Origin: Cyanophyceae cyanobacterium
Lineage (GTDB): Bacteria > Cyanobacteriota > Cyanobacteriia > Cyanobacteriales > JBHJGN01
Length of the DNA: 40,235 bases
Direction: 5' to 3'
Assembly: GCA_050331735.1 (NCBI GenBank)
Contig: JBHJGN010000032.1
Span: 1 to 40,235, forward strand
Positions 38,795-40,235 of this stretch are shown here, one piece after another (position 1 is the first letter of the stretch; the number at the start of each line of letters is the position of its first letter). The position numbers and the translations under genes are program-made. The notes under the pieces were generated by a model. That model was not told the DNA's origin and searched no databases. It saw only the letters and a program-made list of their open reading frames with translations.

Positions 38795-40235
38795 TTACAA
38801 TTTAGGGAAATCGGAAGGCGATCGCACAACATCAGCAACCTTCTTCAGTAGCTCTTCTGTCGTGTAGGGTTTGGCTAACGTGGTCGCCGTTCTCAACGCA
38901 CTACCTCCCTCTCGGCTAGTCGGCAATCCGCTCATGATGATGATTTTGACGGCTGGCTTGATCTTCTGGAGAATGGAAACGGTTGTATACCCGCCCAGGA
39001 CAGGCATATTCAGATCGAGCAAGACAACCTGGATTTGCTCTTGGTGCTGAGCAAAAAGGGCGATCGCCTCAACACCATCGCTGGCTGTGAGGACTCGATA
39101 ACCATAGGTTTCGAGAGCGGCTCTAGTCATTTCCTGAATGGGGGCTTCGTCATCGACAACCAGAATCAACTCGCCCTTCCCCTGGGGAAGTTCTGGGGGA
39201 GTGGCTGGAATGCTCTCTGCGGAGGTGGAAGCAGGCAAAAATACGTTGAACTGCGTACCTCGGTCTACCTCACTAGACACTTCCACGAAGCCGCCGTGAC
39301 TGCGCACGATGCCGATGGCGGTAGACAATCCTAAGCCTGTCCCGTAACCAACTTCCTTGGTGGTGAAGAACGGCTCAAAAATGTGCTCTAAATTGTCAGC
39401 CGAAATACCAACCCCCGTATCAGTCACCGCGATCAGAACATAGGTGCCTTCCTGAGCCTCTCGGTGGAATCTGGCATCGTTTGCATCGATGGTGAAATTC
39501 TCGGCGGTAATCCGAAGGATACCGCCTTGGGGCATGGCATCCCGGGCGTTGACCGCGAAGTTCATCAAGACCTGATGGAGTTGAGTGGCATCTCCTTCTA
39601 CGGTGTGGAGGTTCGATACGCTGGTTTGAATGTCAATATTTTTAGGAAAGGTTTCGGTGGCAATCTTCTTGATGTCTGCAATCAGGTGGCGAACCTGCAC
39701 CGGGCCGCGATCGCCTTCCAATCCTCGCGCAAAGGTAAGGACTTGCTGAATTAAGTCTTTTCCCCGCCTAGCATTGGTTTCGATAATTTTAAAGACATTT
39801 TGAGCTTGCGGATCGAGGCTCAGCTTTTTGGGTAGCAATTGAGCAAACCCTAAGATAGGCGTGAGAATATTGTTGAAATCGTGAGCAATGCCTCCAGCGA
39901 GCGTCCCTAAGCTTTCCAGGCGTTGAGCACGCAGAAATTGCGCTTCTAGCTGTTTTTTCTCGGTGACGTCGGTATTAACCACTAAAATAGAGGGCAGTTT
40001 CCCTTCTTGGCGTACCAGTGTCCACCGACTGTTAACAACAATAGGTTGACCGGCTTTGGTCATCTGATTGAGTTCTCCCTGCCATTCTCCGGTTGCCTCT
40101 AGCTCCCGCTGCATTTCGGGAAGGTTAGACAAGGGTTCAGCATACAGAAGTTCATTGGCATCTTGACCGAGGACTTCCTCACTGCTCCAGCCGTACAAAC
40201 GTTCGGCTCCTCGATTCCAATACAAGATCCGATGA
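38795..40235 (-). CDS. PAS-containing hybrid histidine kinase (5'-truncated by the window edge)
   Basis: PAS (WNRGAERLYGW), H-box AHDFNNILT, N-box NFAVNARDAM, DTGVG, FFTTK, GTGLGL, C-terminal REC (VDDE, LDLNMP, KP). Confidence 0.95.
   Translation of the reverse strand, partial: HRILYWNRGAERLYGWSSEEVLGQDANELLYAEPLSNLPEMQRELEATGEWQGELNQMTKAGQPIVVNSRWTLVRQEGKLPSILVVNTDVTEKKQLEAQFLRAQRLESLGTLAGGIAHDFNNILTPILGFAQLLPKKLSLDPQAQNVFKIIETNARRGKDLIQQVLTFARGLEGDRGPVQVRHLIADIKKIATETFPKNIDIQTSVSNLHTVEGDATQLHQVLMNFAVNARDAMPQGGILRITAENFTIDANDARFHREAQEGTYVLIAVTDTGVGISADNLEHIFEPFFTTKEVGYGTGLGLSTAIGIVRSHGGFVEVSSEVDRGTQFNVFLPASTSAESIPATPPELPQGKGELILVVDDEAPIQEMTRAALETYGYRVLTASDGVEAIALFAQHQEQIQVVLLDLNMPVLGGYTTVSILQKIKPAVKIIIMSGLPTSREGGSALRTATTLAKPYTTEELLKKVADVVRSPSDFPKL

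Noticed and set aside
2091..39714. About 30 GCGATCGC copies
   Set aside because: The well-known cyanobacterial HIP1; used only as a taxonomic indicator.
1..40235. CRISPR arrays, tRNA, rRNA, tmRNA, SRP or 6S RNA
   Set aside because: No regularly spaced repeats or recognisable conserved RNA signatures found by eye; a covariance search would be needed to exclude them fully.

Overview
Chromosomal window from a cyanobacterium. Evidence: about 30 HIP1 GCGATCGC octamers counted by eye, plus ycf54, ycf55, furC, an MPBQ methyltransferase and PEP-CTERM proteins. It opens with the 3' end of an IS200/IS605-type tnpB element. Housekeeping genes follow: folD-crtE-divergent PAP2, ycf54, lptF/G, ftsH1-type, ycf55, furC and hypF-hypC. 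Accessory genes are interspersed: a REC/degenerate HD-GYP regulator, two PEP-CTERM proteins, two sulfotransferase-like and two glycosyltransferase-like genes, a Zn/Cd P1B ATPase with a SmtB/ZiaR-like operator, a stand-alone 'DNA phosphorothioation-associated' methyltransferase, an orphan divergent infA and a partial hybrid histidine kinase. The best candidate for an undescribed system is a coupled pair: a Yip1-like membrane protein and a 937-aa membrane-anchored protein that appears to join a Ser-hydrolase domain to a permuted papain-like His/Cys domain, abutting dedA. No rRNA, tRNA or CRISPR array was seen. All calls come from motif recognition by eye, without database searches.
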